Shown: positions 1-54,770 of the stretch, in pieces | How positions within the stretch are numbered: the stretch's first letter is position 1 | Layout of the letters: each line of letters opens with the position of its first letter | NCBI RefSeq assembly: GCF_009914755.1 | Contig: NC_060926.1 | DNA length: 64,000 bases | Direction: 5' to 3' (one strand) | DNA from: the human T2T-CHM13v2.0 reference genome, Homo sapiens | Made by a program: the position numbers and the translations under genes | Notes under the pieces: model-generated | Told to the model about the DNA's origin: nothing | Database searches by the model: none | Seen by the model: only the letters and a program-made list of their open reading frames with translations

Positions 1-465
1 TCATTCACCATTATGTCAGCAGCTGCCAGGTAGCCCCATCTGCTGCCTGGGGGGATGTCTTCTGGACCAGGCTGGTGGGTAGTAGCCTTCTGGCACTCTC
101 TGGGCTCCTGCATCCCTACCCAGGGGACATCCAGGCATCTTACCTGATGCCCAGCACGTGGGAAGCCCATTGCCCAAATGTGCTGTTCTCTGTGCTTTGG
201 TGTCATGCAGAGGGGCTGGGGGGCGGGTTGAGGATAGCCCCTCTTCCAGAGTGCTGGGTGGGGTCTCCAGAAGCCACAAGATGAGCCCCACCTCTTCCCA
301 GCCTTACCCACTCCCTCTGCCCTTGCCTCTGGCCCTCTCTGACACTGACCCAGACCCTTTCATAAGGAACAAGAGGTGGGGTTGTCTTCATAGACATGTA
401 AAGGAACTGGCTATTTTCTTGGAATGGCAAGGAGGGGAAAACACAGAGAATAAAGCAAAAACTGT

Positions 466-825
466 TTTTATTTTTTAAAACTATGGCAAAATACACATAA
501 CATAAAGTTTATCATCATAACCATTTTTAAGTATATATATATATATAGTTCAGTGGCATGAGGTACATTCACGTTATTGTGCAACTGTCACTGCCATCTG
601 TCTCCAGAATTCTTCATTTTACAAAACCAAAATCCTATATCCATTCAACACCAACTCTCCATTCCCTTCTCCTCCCAGCCCTGGCAACCACCTTTACTCT
701 TCCTGTCTGTGTGGCTTTGACTAGTCCAGGTACCTCATCTAAGTGCAATCATATGATAGTTGTCCTTGTGTGTCTGGCTTATTTCATTTATCATAATGTT
801 CTCAAGGTTCATCCATGTAAAAGCA
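466..825 (-). mobile_element. Old L1 (L1MB-like) 3' fragment
   Basis: Typical antisense L1M 3'UTR text (catcataaccatttttaag...agttcagtggcat...tacattcac...ccagaattcttcat). Confidence 0.65.
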
Positions 826-953
826 ATCATTTTCTCAATAACCTCTCCTGCCTCTATGGTAACACATAGGGCTCGGGGCCCCTGGTCACTGAAGGCGGCC
901 CCTGAGCTGCTTTGCTGCCCTCAGGAGGCTTGGGAAGGTGGCATCTTCCGTGG

Positions 954-1308
954 TGTATTAGTTCGTGTTAACGCTGCTGCTAAAGGCATACCTGAAACTG
1001 GGAACAAAAAGAGGTTTACTTGGACTTAGAGTTCCACATGACTAGGGTGGCCTCAGAATCATGGCGGGAGACAAAAGGCACTTCTTACATGGTGGCAGCA
1101 AGAGAAAAATGAGGAAGAAGCAAAAGTGGAAACCCCTGATAAACCCATCAGATCTTGTGAGACTTATTCACTATCATGAGAATAGCATGGGAGAGACTGG
1201 CCCCCATGATTCAATTACCACCCGCTGGGTCCCTCCCACAACACATGGGAATTCTGAGAGTTACAATTCAAGTTGAGATTTGAATGGGGACACAGCCAAA
1301 CTATATCA
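954..1308. mobile_element. THE1 (THE1C-like) MaLR solo LTR
   Basis: TG...CA termini (tgtattagttcg...ggggacacagccaaactatatca); near-perfect 5-bp TSD cgtgg/cgtgt. Confidence 0.85.
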
Positions 1309-1548
1309 CGTGTGGACCCAGGTGCTGCACCTCACCTCGTATCCCCGCCATGTGCCTGTGGCCCTGCCATGTGGCAGGTGCTCCATTCATGTGGTCGAAG
1401 GACAGAGTGAGGCTGGCCATCTCTCAGAGCATTCAACATTAAACGCTTTCTTCAGAGCAGAGGGAGTCCAGGAGCAGAAGCTGCAGCTTGGATTCTTCTG
1501 GGGCTGCTCACAAACATTCTCTCCCTCCTTTTCCCCTTCTGGGCTCAG

Positions 1549-24025
<22,477 letters not shown>

Positions 24026-24161
24026 GTGGTCCAAACATAAGACGTAAACTGTCTTCTTAGTGCCAAATGCAAGCCCTTTTTAATTTAGTTTGTAAGAAGT
24101 TTAGTTTGTAGGAAAAACACTATTGTAAAATAACTAGTATCCTTTTGTTTCCTTCCGTTGA

Positions 24162-24167
24162 AATAAA
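24162..24167 (+). terminator. MROH2A polyadenylation signal AATAAA
   Basis: First AATAAA about 137 nt after the stop, followed by GT-rich sequence (ctgtcgttgg, ttgtgactgt). Confidence 0.7.
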
Positions 24168-24330
24168 CCTCCACTGTCGTTGGAGTAGACTTGTGACTGT
24201 AAGGTGGTGACAGCCCAGAACCAAGACAATGAGGCAAAGGGAACTTTGGCCTTAATGAGCCACTTCATTTCCGATTTCCCCCCAAGTACGTTTGTCTGAC
24301 AGCCCACTGGCCCAAAGGGTCGGAAACTAG

Positions 24331-24731
<401 letters not shown>

Positions 24732-25539
24732 AGGACACTTCTTAAAGGGAAAGGCACCTAACCACAACACACATCAGAGGGAGGACTGCAGCCAGGGTGC
24801 AAGTGCTACAGTGGCACAGGAGGGTGGGTGTGCAAGTCTGGAGACAATCCAGAAAGGCCGCATGGAGGAACTGACATTTATTCCAGGCCCTTCCCTTTGC
24901 GACTTAAAGTTACCAAAGTTAAGTTTGGACTGTTGCAACTGGAGCCCAGTGAGGCCTGGAACAGAATTTGGCTGCTGGTCAAAAAGGAGAAATTAGCCCC
25001 ATGTCTAAGAACATGTAGGGGAAGAGAGGGGCAGTGTGGGGAAGGCTTTTGCTATGCTCAGGCCATCAGAATAGTCTAGGTGTCCCCAGAGCAGGTAAAC
25101 CAGGACTTCCAAACTGTTCCCAGTCCAACTGCCAAAGGAATTCACCATCCGGGGTCCCATCAACAGGAGAGAGCTGCTATGCTGTCCAAAATCCAACCCG
25201 TGCTAAAGCCTTCTCTGGAACAGTGGTCTTCAAACTGTTTTGTGGAGCAAATGGTGACTTGATTTCCTGCCCAGTGATAAAGAGTATTGCTGCTAAACAA
25301 GCTTGAACACCACTGATGCAGTGGGGAGAGTGCACCATTCGATAGAGTACAAGGAGGCAGCTGTACATCTGTACAATTGGCTCTCCTTCCATGCCTGTGC
25401 AGAAACATTTCCAGATGGTTTATAGACCTAAATGGAGAGAGCAAAATTTAAGACAGTACAGTATTTTTTTTATCCTGAGAGTATGGTAGTTTTTCTTTTA
25501 AAAGTAACAGCAGAAGCCAGAAAAAAGGAGGAAGTTATC

Positions 25540-25902
25540 TGCCTTAGTATGTTTAGCGTTGCTAAAACAGAATACCCAAGGCTGGGTAATTTATACAGAA
25601 AAGGTTTGTTTAGCTCCTAATTCTGGTGGCTGGAAAGTCCAAGAGCATGATGTTGGCATCTGCTTGGTTTCTGGTGAGGGCCTTGTGCTATCTCGAGACA
25701 CAGTGGAAAAGCAGAAAGGTGAGTGGGCAGGTGCAAAGGCAACCCGCTCTCACAGAGAGTGAGAACTCACTCCTTCAAGAGGGCATTCATCTATTCATGG
25801 GGTGTCCACTCCCATGACCCAAAAACCTGCCACTAGGCCCCCACCCCCTAACAATTACATGTGCAATTAAATTTCAAGACAAATGGCATCCGAACCATAG
25901 CA
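25540..25902. mobile_element. MST/MLT1A-type MaLR LTR
   Basis: cagaatacccaaggctgggtaatttata...ggctggaaagtccaagagcatg...aaccatagca. Confidence 0.65.
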
Positions 25903-26944
25903 TTGTGTTAAAATGTAACTTCCATACAATAAAATAACACAAAGTTAAATGACAAATGATAGATGATAGAAGTTAAAAACTGGATTGTTTCATATCATTG
26001 GATCCAGAATACATCCAAATCAGGAAGAGGCAAATATAAAACCAGTGTCCTGAGGACATTTAAAAAACCAGGACTCCCAGGAAGACATGCTCAACAAGTC
26101 ATCAAGAGAAAGCAAACTGTGAAGCAACACATCTTACACCTGCCAGAGCTCAGACTGGCAGCAACTGGCAGCGATAATGTGGGGAAAAGGTACCTCTTAT
26201 ATTGTGGGACATTGGGCAAACTGGGGCAGCCATTTGGGAGAGCAATTTGGCAATAACTATGGAAGTTCAAGGCACACCCATCCGTGACCTGTAATTTGCC
26301 TCTAGGTGTGTGTGTGCCACAGATAGTTGACAGTTATGCACAAGGATCACGGGTGGATTTTGCACCCGTCCGCAGACATCCAGGACAATAAACCACCTAG
26401 AGAACTCAAAGTGAGATGCCCACATCTATCAGCTCTTGTCATATTCAGTCTCTTGATGAAACAAAACTGTAGCATATGTACAGTATTAATTTACTCATAT
26501 AGTTTGAAACAGAGAGACTATACCATATATAGTTTATGGGGCCCTTATTGGCAGATCTGTAAGTTGGCAAGACCCATGCCCAGATCCTTCCACCTCACCT
26601 TCCTCCACTGGATGACAGAACACCGGCCTTTCTGGCAGCCAGGCCTGGCCCGGGCAGCAAGGTTTCAGCTGTCTGCTGGGTGTGGGGGAAGGAGAGGCAC
26701 AAGCAGTTCTGGGTTGCAGTGATGGTTTTCCTGAAGAGGAAAGGGTGGGTCGCGTTGTCCTTTAGGAAGCAGCAGGCCTGAGGGAAGGCTCTAGATCTGT
26801 AGGGGCCATTCTGGCCCTGGCTGAGCCTGAGCCAGCATTACACTGCCGGCCTGTTCTTTGAGGAAATGAGCCGTCTGTGAGGTCTGCAGCACCTGGCGAG
26901 GTTCTCGGCTCTCAGCAGCGTGCACCCTCCTTACTGACTCACAG

Positions 26945-27275
26945 GCTATGGATTGAATTATGATTAAGTCCTAGCCCCTGGCATGATGGTATTGGAGATG
27001 GGGCTTTCTGGAGGTGATTAGGTTTAGATGAGGTCATGAGTGAGGGGCCCTTATGATGGGATTAGTGCCCTCCTAAGATACCAGAGACCTTGCTCTCTCC
27101 AGCATGTGGGGACACAGCAAGAAGACAGCTTTCTGCAAGCCAGGAAGAGTCCTCACCGGAGCCCAACCATGCTGGCTCCCTTGTCTTAAACTTCTAGTCT
27201 TCAAAAACTGTGAGAAAATAAACTTCTACTGTTTAAGCCACCTGGTCTCCAGCATTGTTATGGCAGCCTGAGCAT
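26945..27275. mobile_element. MLT1A/MSTD-type MaLR LTR
   Basis: tggtattggagatgggg...gattaggtttagatgaggtcatgag...gggattagtgccc...gtgagaaaataaacttctactgtttaagccacc. Confidence 0.7.
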
Positions 27276-27484
27276 GCAGGTGCGCACGCACACACACACA
27301 TAACATGGTCCCAATGTAAGACGCAGGGGGGAAGAGATATGGGGCAGGGTATGGGGGTGATACCTGACATCAGGAGAGCAATCGCCTGGGGCGGCAGGCG
27401 GGAATGAAAAATGTGTAATTTAATCTCATTTTAAATCTTTCATAAAAAAAAAAAACCCAAACTCATATGGCCATATATTAACTA

Positions 27485-28167
<683 letters not shown>

Positions 28168-28342
28168 CACATAATTTCTACACCAAGAACTCGAGGTTAT
28201 CTCTGATGGAACCAATTTCACTAATATTTACTTTAAGGGCAGAGAAGTCAACCAAGTCCTCACAGTCTCAAGAATCAAAAACAAAACAAAAATACAAACA
28301 GAGAGCAAGTGGGAAGATAAATAACACTCCGAAATAACCTAG

Positions 28343-45272
<16,930 letters not shown>

Positions 45273-46834
45273 CGGACCCAGCCAGTACCCAAGCGCCAAC
45301 CCGGACTGCAGGGCCTCGCGCGCCACAAACTCAAATAGGAGACTCCGCCCTTCCTGCCTTCCTCTCGGTTTTCTATTGGCTAGAGCGGAGAAGCCGGGCA
45401 CTGATTGGGCCTTTCAAACAAATTTGCGTCCCACCTTCCGGCCAATCCACTCCCGAGTTTCCAGCCACGCCCCAATGTCCGGCGGAAGGGAGGGAGGGTC
45501 TCCGGCCGCCACGGCCGGTGGTAGTTGTACAAACAGCTGTGTGCTTATTCATCAGCGGTGCTGTGCGAGATCCGGTGGGATGCGTGTCATCTCCCGCGCT
45601 GTGCACCGGAGATAAGTGCGGCCTGGAGATTTCTGCGTGACTTGCTCTGGGTGTCGCCGCTGGGCGAGGTCCGCCTTCCTCACCCCTCCGCCTGGGATCC
45701 CGGCGCAGTTTCCAGGGCAGGGGCCTAAGAAAGACAACCCCAAATTACCAACCCAAAAGGAGGCAGGATAGCGAATATTCATCTAGAAGGAAAAAATAAG
45801 TCTCAACGAATGACACATTTAAAGATGCTGACAAATGCGATACACATCACAAAATCCAGGAAAATACTTCTATTAACCCACCTTTTTCCCTATGTATTTC
45901 TGATTGCATATTCTGCTTCTTCATTGATATTAATCTTGTAATATTTTCTCCAGAGAGAAGAGCAAGATAAATCAGTCTTTAGTATGGTTGATGGAATTTA
46001 TGATTGACATCTTAGGAAAGTTTCATTCAGCTTCATCACTTAACCACATTTGTGTGCTTGTGCTGATATGATTACCATAGTATGTGATTGAAAATAAAAG
46101 CATTACTGAGCACCAGGAGGTCCCTTAGAGGGGGCTCTTCACCTCCTTTCAGCCTGCACGGCAATTCTATCATGATGTCCTGCGGAAATTTAGGTGGGAG
46201 TGGGTGGAGGGTAAGAACTTCAGGGCTCATGTAGTGTGTGTGTCCACAAAACGTGTTGCGTTGTGCTGGACACAGAGATGTGCTGGCCTGATTCCCCTTA
46301 AGATGCCACAGCTGCTAGGAGGGCAGTTGGCAGGGGCCTTCAGTTGTCAGCCTATTCTGGGATGATTCAGTTGCAGAGAACTCCCTCACCCAAGGTCCTG
46401 CTGCCCCAGGGTGGCCCAGCACCAGTGACTGATCCAGGTGGGAACAGGAAGGCTGTATCATTTCAGTCTGATGGAAGAAAACCCTGGGCCACTTTATCTT
46501 CCGAGCTCTCAATTCCACGGAATTGGATGGGGTAACCTACCAATCCTGTTTCTTTCCTTCCCTTCCTCCCTATATAAACATCCTCTCTGAGTCTTCTCCA
46601 GTTGCAGGATCTACACATTTAATTTGTACCTTTTCCAATTTTCACAAACAGACCGAGGTGTCTTCCTCCTCCTTCCTTAGGAGTGTTCAGAAACTTAACA
46701 TGCTCTTCCTTGGACTCTGTGCTTCCCACACATAATTTACTTTACAAACATCTAACTGGGCCCATTTAGAGACTTGAGACCTTGAATAAGATTTTCTTTT
46801 TTCTTTTTGAGTTTTGGATGATTGACTCTTCCAT

Positions 46835-47347
46835 TGTTACCAGATAGAGTTGTCCAGGTTCTTGGTGTGTTGAACAAAGAATTGAACAAAACACACAAAG
46901 TAACAAAGGAATGAAGCAACGAAAAACAAAGCAACAGGAGAACGGAGTAAGGAAAGCACAGATTCATTGAAGACAATTCACAGAGTGCGAGCGGACTGGA
47001 GCCCGCAGCTCAAGAGCCTCTTCAATTAGGGTTTTTATAAAGCCAAAAGAACTTGGCAACACCCCTGGGTACCCTTTAGAGGCCTCCAATTGGTTACACC
47101 CTATGAAGGATTGGCCTGTGACCAATCAGAGCCTAAAGTGGAAACTTGGCCTGCAGTCATTCAGGGGCTGAAGTGGAAACTTCTTTCTTGTTATCACGGG
47201 AGTGAAGATGTAGCCTATGTCCTGCCCAATCTTGCTTAAAACTGGCTGCACCTGCTGTTCTCTTGCTTATGCGAACTGGCTGCATCTGCTGTTCCTTTGC
47301 TTATGCCTCAACCCTTTGCTACCCCAGTTCCCTATTCTCCTGCCTCA
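46835..47347 (-). mobile_element. ERV1-class solo LTR (subfamily uncertain)
   Basis: Minus strand starts TGAGGCAGGAGAATAGGG and ends GGTAACA; perfect 4-bp TSD ccat at 46831-46834 and 47348-47351. Confidence 0.8.
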
Positions 47348-47729
47348 CCATGACTCTCTAACAAGCACGATAGTACCAGTTTTCAAAACTGGCGTCTCCC
47401 AGGGCTTATTCTCTATTCCTGGGAAACCATTCCAAGATTTCCTTTGCTGGCTTCACTGACAATCCAAGCATCTGCCTCTGTCCTAGGAGTTTGGGGGCAG
47501 CTTCAGTGGAAAGATTTCTCAATCTCAAGTTCAAGTCTTTAATTGAAGTCCAAAACATACTTGCTTTAGCCAAACTCCTTCTGAGCCAGCCAAAGTCCAT
47601 GCATTAACCCTTATTGTTCTGGCCTGGTGGTCTTCCAGTCGTCTCTGACTGGCTTTCCCCATCCCATGGTCTAAAGTGGTGCTCCAGCTAAGGAAAGAAG
47701 AACCCTGTATCATGCTTCTCATGTGATGC

Positions 47730-48190
47730 TGTAGCAGGACAAGCCGCAGACAAAACCCCTCAGACACCGAGTTAAAGAAGGAAGGGCTTTATTCAGCTGG
47801 GAGCTTCGGCAAGACTCACGTCTCCAACAACCGAGCTCTCCCGAGTGAGCAATTCCTGTCCCTTTTAAGGGCTCACAACTCTAAGGAGGTCCATGTGAGA
47901 GGGTCGTGATCGATTGAGCAAGCAGGGGGTAAGTGACTGGGGGCTGCATGCACCAGTAATTAGAATGGAACAGAACGGGACAGGGATTTTCACAGTGCTT
48001 TTCTATACAATGTCTGTAATCTATAGATAACATAACCGAGTAGGTCAGGGGTCGATCTTTAACTACCAGGCCCAGGGTGTGGCGCCAGGCTGTCTGCTTG
48101 TGGATTTCATTCCTGCCTTTTAGTTTTTACTTCTTTCTTTAGAGGCAGAAATTGAGCATAAGGCAATATGAGGAGTGGTCTCCTCCCTTA
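47730..48190 (-). mobile_element. LTR2-family (HERV-E; LTR2B/C-like) solo LTR
   Basis: Minus strand starts TAAGGGAGGAGACCACTCCTCATATTGCCTTATGCTCAATTTCTGCCTC; internal AATAAA; perfect 4-bp TSD atgc at 47726-47729 and 48191-48194. Confidence 0.85.
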
Positions 48191-49314
48191 ATGCCATTCT
48201 CTGTAATACCTCACCCTACCACCCTTGGCAGCCTAACCATATTACTCCAGACCTGCTAAGCAAACTCCTTTGCCACCACTTTCCACTCCCACATAACAGG
48301 GAAGGATCACAAGTCAGCTCCTTCCCCAGCAGCAGGTTTCTGGGTGCAGCATCTTGGAATCTCACAGGGTTTCCAGAGATGACGGCGGGTGGCTCCGGCT
48401 GCCCCTGCACAGTGCCCTCTACTGGCCGGGCTGGGATTTCCAACCCTCCAAGTGCTGTTTAAATGCCTAGGAAATAGTTCTCTTTAAAGTTATATTACGG
48501 CTGCTCTTATAAAATGTGCCTGAATTTTGCTTCAAATAAAAGAGATGGAGACTTATTCTGCATGGAGTTGTCATGTAAATATGTTTCTGTTGGAAAGGTG
48601 TGGAAATGTTACCACCAGTCTGTGGTTGGAGAAGCGCAGCTTTTGGCTGGTCCCAGCATTGACACAGAAACTGCTGTGTAACGGTGAGAATGTCAGTCTA
48701 AGATAAATTATCGCAAACATCAGACCCCACCTATTAGGCTGCTAAGAAAAGGGTTTGCTTTTTTCTGTTGCCCTAGAGCTGATGCAAACACAGAGGCTGT
48801 GAAATAGGCAACAAGCTGACTTTCCACGAGATGTCAGCCAAAGCTCACAAAATGTGTTGTTTGATTAAATGAGTCTCACATCTAACTGAAGTAATTAAGG
48901 ATGCTGGCAAGAATTTAGCTGGAGGATCTTTCGTGAAGCAGTTTATAAAGTCCAATACTAGAAGGATGGCAAAATAAATGATGATAGATACTTGTGTTCT
49001 ATTGGCAAGAATTTTGAAGAAGTGTAATTATTGATATCAAAATTCTATATGATCTGTTTAATACAAAAAGGTTATAAACCTGTATTATGTGTGCATTTAA
49101 AAAGTATATATTATATAATATAAAGTATGATTATACATGTTTTAAAAGTGTGAGTATATACGTCTCAGAATGTTTCCAGGGCCGTCTCTGGATGATGGTG
49201 TGATTAATTATTTTTAATATTAGTTTTCCATAGCTGCATTTTCTAGAATGAGCGTTTGCTGTGCAATTATGAGTTTGCATTACTGATGTAATTAGAAAAC
49301 ACAGGGGGCCAATT

Positions 49315-50017
<703 letters not shown>

Positions 50018-50505
50018 CCCCTCATGTGTTTTTACCTTGGCTTTGCAAAATCAGGGGCCATTTATCCAAATAAGACAATGGCCCCAAACATTCTAAAGTT
50101 GCTATTGTACAGCAGGTACAACACATAGTTGGTAGCAATATATTCAGCTTTGTCTTTTCAGTTCAGATATTAAGGGTGGTCTTATCATTCTACGGCAAAT
50201 CCAAAGTTTCTACTGAGGTCGTTTCAAGGACTCTCCCTTAGAAGCATTCTAGGGCATTCTCAGGCCAACAGGTATACTCACTGGGCCTCTTTGCCAAACT
50301 CCATTTATCCTTCATATCTGCTGCCAGGTAAGCCAGCCTCAACACTGAGTTCTTGATAGTTTCATTGAGCTTTCATTGCTGAATTTGTTACCCTAGGATT
50401 TATAATCAAAGTAATTAGATCTAGGTATTTCTATAAGATCATTAGACCTTATGGTTTGGGGATAAAAGATTTAGTAAATACCTTTGCTTATTCTCCTGCT
50501 GCTTG

Positions 50506-50506
<1 letters not shown>

Positions 50507-50558
<52 letters not shown>
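50507..50558. repeat. (TG)26 microsatellite
   Basis: Uninterrupted TG run. Confidence 0.97.
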
Positions 50559-50561
<3 letters not shown>

Positions 50562-51454
50562 GCAGTCTTATTTCAACTGTCTTTGTTTTGTCCTGGATTA
50601 TCTTGTGTTTATTGATCGCATAAGGGAGTGTTCCACGAAAGACAGATGCATATATGTTGATTATTTTCTGCTTCAATCTAATCCAGTCTTGAAGACAAAT
50701 GGTTAGAGGTTCCTTAGACCTGTGACAATTATGTGAAAAGGCAATTAGTCGAACTTAGCCTTGGGCACCCTACAAAACCTTCATAATGACATTTATACTT
50801 TTGTCAACTTGTGGAAGAAGACCTCTTTGCTCAGTCTATATTTTAGGTCAAACAATTGTTGGGTCATTGGCAGCCTCGTTGATTTCTAGCTTCTGCTTGG
50901 TCTAACTTCTGACACCACTCATGAGCGCGCACTGTAGCACAGTCGACTGTAGTGACCCATCTTCCTTACGTGGATTTGTCTGTATCAAATTTTCAAACTC
51001 CTGCAGAAATTCTTCTTTCTATCTATAGTCTCATTATGATCCTTACTCTTGCATTCTTTTAGGTAAAAGGCAAAAGATGGCAAAAAAGATGGCCATTTTA
51101 AGGAAAGTTTGCTGTGTCAAAATCAAATCATATTTTAGGAGGCACTCTAGAAAAACTGGGAGGCAAACACACCAATCTTTCAATAGTCAGCTTCTTTATT
51201 TGGTGTGGTGGAGCTGAAAACACAAGTTGTCCAAGGACACTAACCTTCTGAAACCCACCCTGTTTGGATCTAAGCAACTTTTAACTTGTACCCCTTCTAG
51301 TCTTTTTATTCCTTCCTCCAATCTTCTAAATGAGTAGTATTGCCTTGGGATTTCTCAGGAAAGGAACATTCATGTAAATGTGCAAGATCAGAAGGCAGAT
51401 ATATAGACATTGAATTTAAAACCTAATTTAGAGCTGAGTCAAAGACAATCTGTA

Positions 51455-51838
51455 CAGGCTGCTATTAACAGGATACCATAGACTAACCAGCTTATAAACA
51501 ATAGAAATTTATTTCTTACAGTTCTGGAGGCTGGGAAGTCCAAGATCAAGGTGCTAGCAAGGTAGGTTTCATTCTGAAGCCTCTTGTCTTGGCTTGCAGG
51601 TGGCCATGTGCTCACATGACCTCTTTTTTGTGCATGTGGGGAGACACTGTGTGAGAGAGAGCAAGCCCTCTGGTATCTCTTCTTATAAGGACACTAACCC
51701 TATTGGATCAGAGCTCCATCCTTATGACCTTATTTTACATTAATTATATACTTAAAGGCCCTACTTCCAAATATAGTCACTTGTGCGTTAGGGCTTCAAC
51801 ATATAAATTTTGGGGGGACACAATTCAGTCCATAGCAA
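51455..51838. mobile_element. MLT1A-type MaLR LTR
   Basis: aaacaatagaaatttatttcttacagttctggaggctgggaagtccaagatcaagg...ggggggacacaattcagtccatagca. Confidence 0.75.
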
Positions 51839-52951
51839 TGCTATAAATATTTTCTTATACTTCAGGAAGATGGACAGATATGTGCAATAGGATCTTTGTT
51901 ATGTACTATTTTCATGAATGACTAGATGTGTACAGACTAGTTCACTTCATTTTAGCCCCTCAAATGGGGAAAGTAGTTGAAAACAAGGGGTTAGGAAAAA
52001 GATTTAAATAATCCATCTGAAAATTAAAAAATAATTAATTCTTAGAGACAAAAAGAAGGAAGCTCATTAAACACATTTTAGAAATCTGTCTCTTAAAAAG
52101 TAAATTGGACAAAGATGAAAATTTTCATAAAATAAACACTAGATTTAAAAATTGGATTCCAGGAATCTTTTGAACATTATTCTAGGGTAGGATCAACAGC
52201 TGAAAATGGACTCTGATTTTAATTAGGAGCCATAAATGAAAATATATATATAGAAAATCATGAATTTAGAAGGTAACATTTTCTGATAAGTAACTGAGCC
52301 ATAGGAAAAAAAGAAGCTAGAAATAAAAATAAATATACAGCTCTATAAATGAAACAACTGGTCCCCCAAATAAAAACAAGACTCTAAGAGCCTCTGTAGT
52401 CTCTAAGAATCATGAGGTTATAAATAAGGACACCTGTAGATTTTGAGGAGAAAGACATTGGAAAAGCCAGTGCCGTCTACTGAGGGTGCTACTCTTGGGG
52501 AGCTATTAGCACCCCCAAGTTCCTTGTCCTTTCTCTAATCTTCTGAGGAGAATTGTTTACAGATGGACAATGACATAGTTCCTCTTTTGATATGCATGGC
52601 CCTGTATCTACAATAAATCCTACTTCCATAGAACATCACCCCTTCAGAATCAAATTTTAAAGTTGTCTGAAAAGAATAAGGAAGGCACATTGACCAAAAG
52701 CAAGAAGAGAAAAATGAGAAATTTGGTTTTAAACTAAAAATGTCTTATTGTGCCAGATTGTCAAAGAGACAAACTTGAGGTATGCAATAAATTGTAGAAG
52801 CCTTGAGGGCAAATAAACTTTGTCTGTCTCGACTTACTAAAACCATCCAGGTAGTGGAAATTTCTAACAATCCTAAGCCCTTTCCTAAATTCCAACATGG
52901 TGTCTTCATCAGATGAATACTTTTTTTTTTTCTTTAGGGAACAATCTCTAC

Positions 52952-53004
52952 ATATCAGCCAGAGTTCTCTAGAGAAACAAAACCAATATGATATAGATAG
53001 ATAG

Positions 53005-53052
<48 letters not shown>

Positions 53053-53350
53053 AAGACATTTATTTTGAGGGATGGGTTCATGTGTTTATGGAGGCCAAGA
53101 AGTCCCATCATCTGCCGTCTGCAAGCTGGAGGTCCAGGAAAGGTGGTGGTGTGGTTCCGTTCAAGAACCAGGACCTCTGATGTCTGAAGGCAGAAGATGG
53201 ATATCCCAGCTCAAGAAGAAAGCAAACTCACTCTTCCTCTACCTTTTTGTCCTATTCAGGGGTTCTCAACAGATTAGGCCATGCCCCCCCACATTGGTGA
53301 GGGTGATTTTCTTTCCTTGGCCTGCCTATTCAAATGCTAATCTGTTCTGC
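52952..53350. mobile_element. MLT2-type ERVL LTR containing a (GATA)n microsatellite at about 52994-53052
   Basis: ttctctagagaaacaaaaccaata...atggaggccaagaagtcccatcatctgccgtctgcaagctggag. Confidence 0.7.
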
Positions 53351-53754
53351 TGACAGTAGGTGGAGTTTTGAAGAGTGTGGCGTTCAGGATTTGTGGAGTT
53401 TCAGTGGTGTCAGGGGCTGGTGCAGTCTGTGTAAGTGTGGGTACTCACGTGAGACTGCTGAGTCCTTGGAGAGGTCCATGGAACCCTTTTTCTTCTCAGT
53501 CTCCTCTTTTTGTCCTCATTCAGCCAAAGTTACAAGAAAGAATCAAAAAAATTATTCACCTCTTTACCACTATAAATGATTCTTTCTGAAGAGGAGGTTT
53601 CATTTGCAAAGATCGTATTTTCAGTTTGAACATTGATCAGCAGAATTTCATTCTTATTTCATCTTTGAATATTTCATTGAATCATCTGTCAGGACAGTAG
53701 CTGCACAAAATCATTTAAGACTCTAACAACAGATCTCAAACAATTGTGAGATTA

Positions 53755-54097
<343 letters not shown>

Positions 54098-54325
54098 TTA
54101 AGAAGGGATTGGGAGATTTCCTAAGAAAAGAATTTTCAACAACTTGGTGAGAAGCTCACCTTGCCTTTCTTTTAGCTTTGACATAGATTGGTCCAAGTCA
54201 CATAGAATTACTCTAGATACAGGAAGTATTATACAGGAAGTATTATAGAATTACTCCAGATAGCAGGAAGTATTATTAGCGACAGCCTAGACTCTCTCTT
54301 AATTGGCCCAAATAAAATCCAAGCT

Positions 54326-54770
<445 letters not shown>

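Noticed and set aside
50939-50950. 12-bp palindrome ACAGTCGACTGT
   Set aside because: Several palindromes of this length are expected by chance in 64 kb
54200-54277. Short local repeats (atagaattactc, caggaagtattat x3)
   Set aside because: Looks like an ordinary slippage duplication; no functional support
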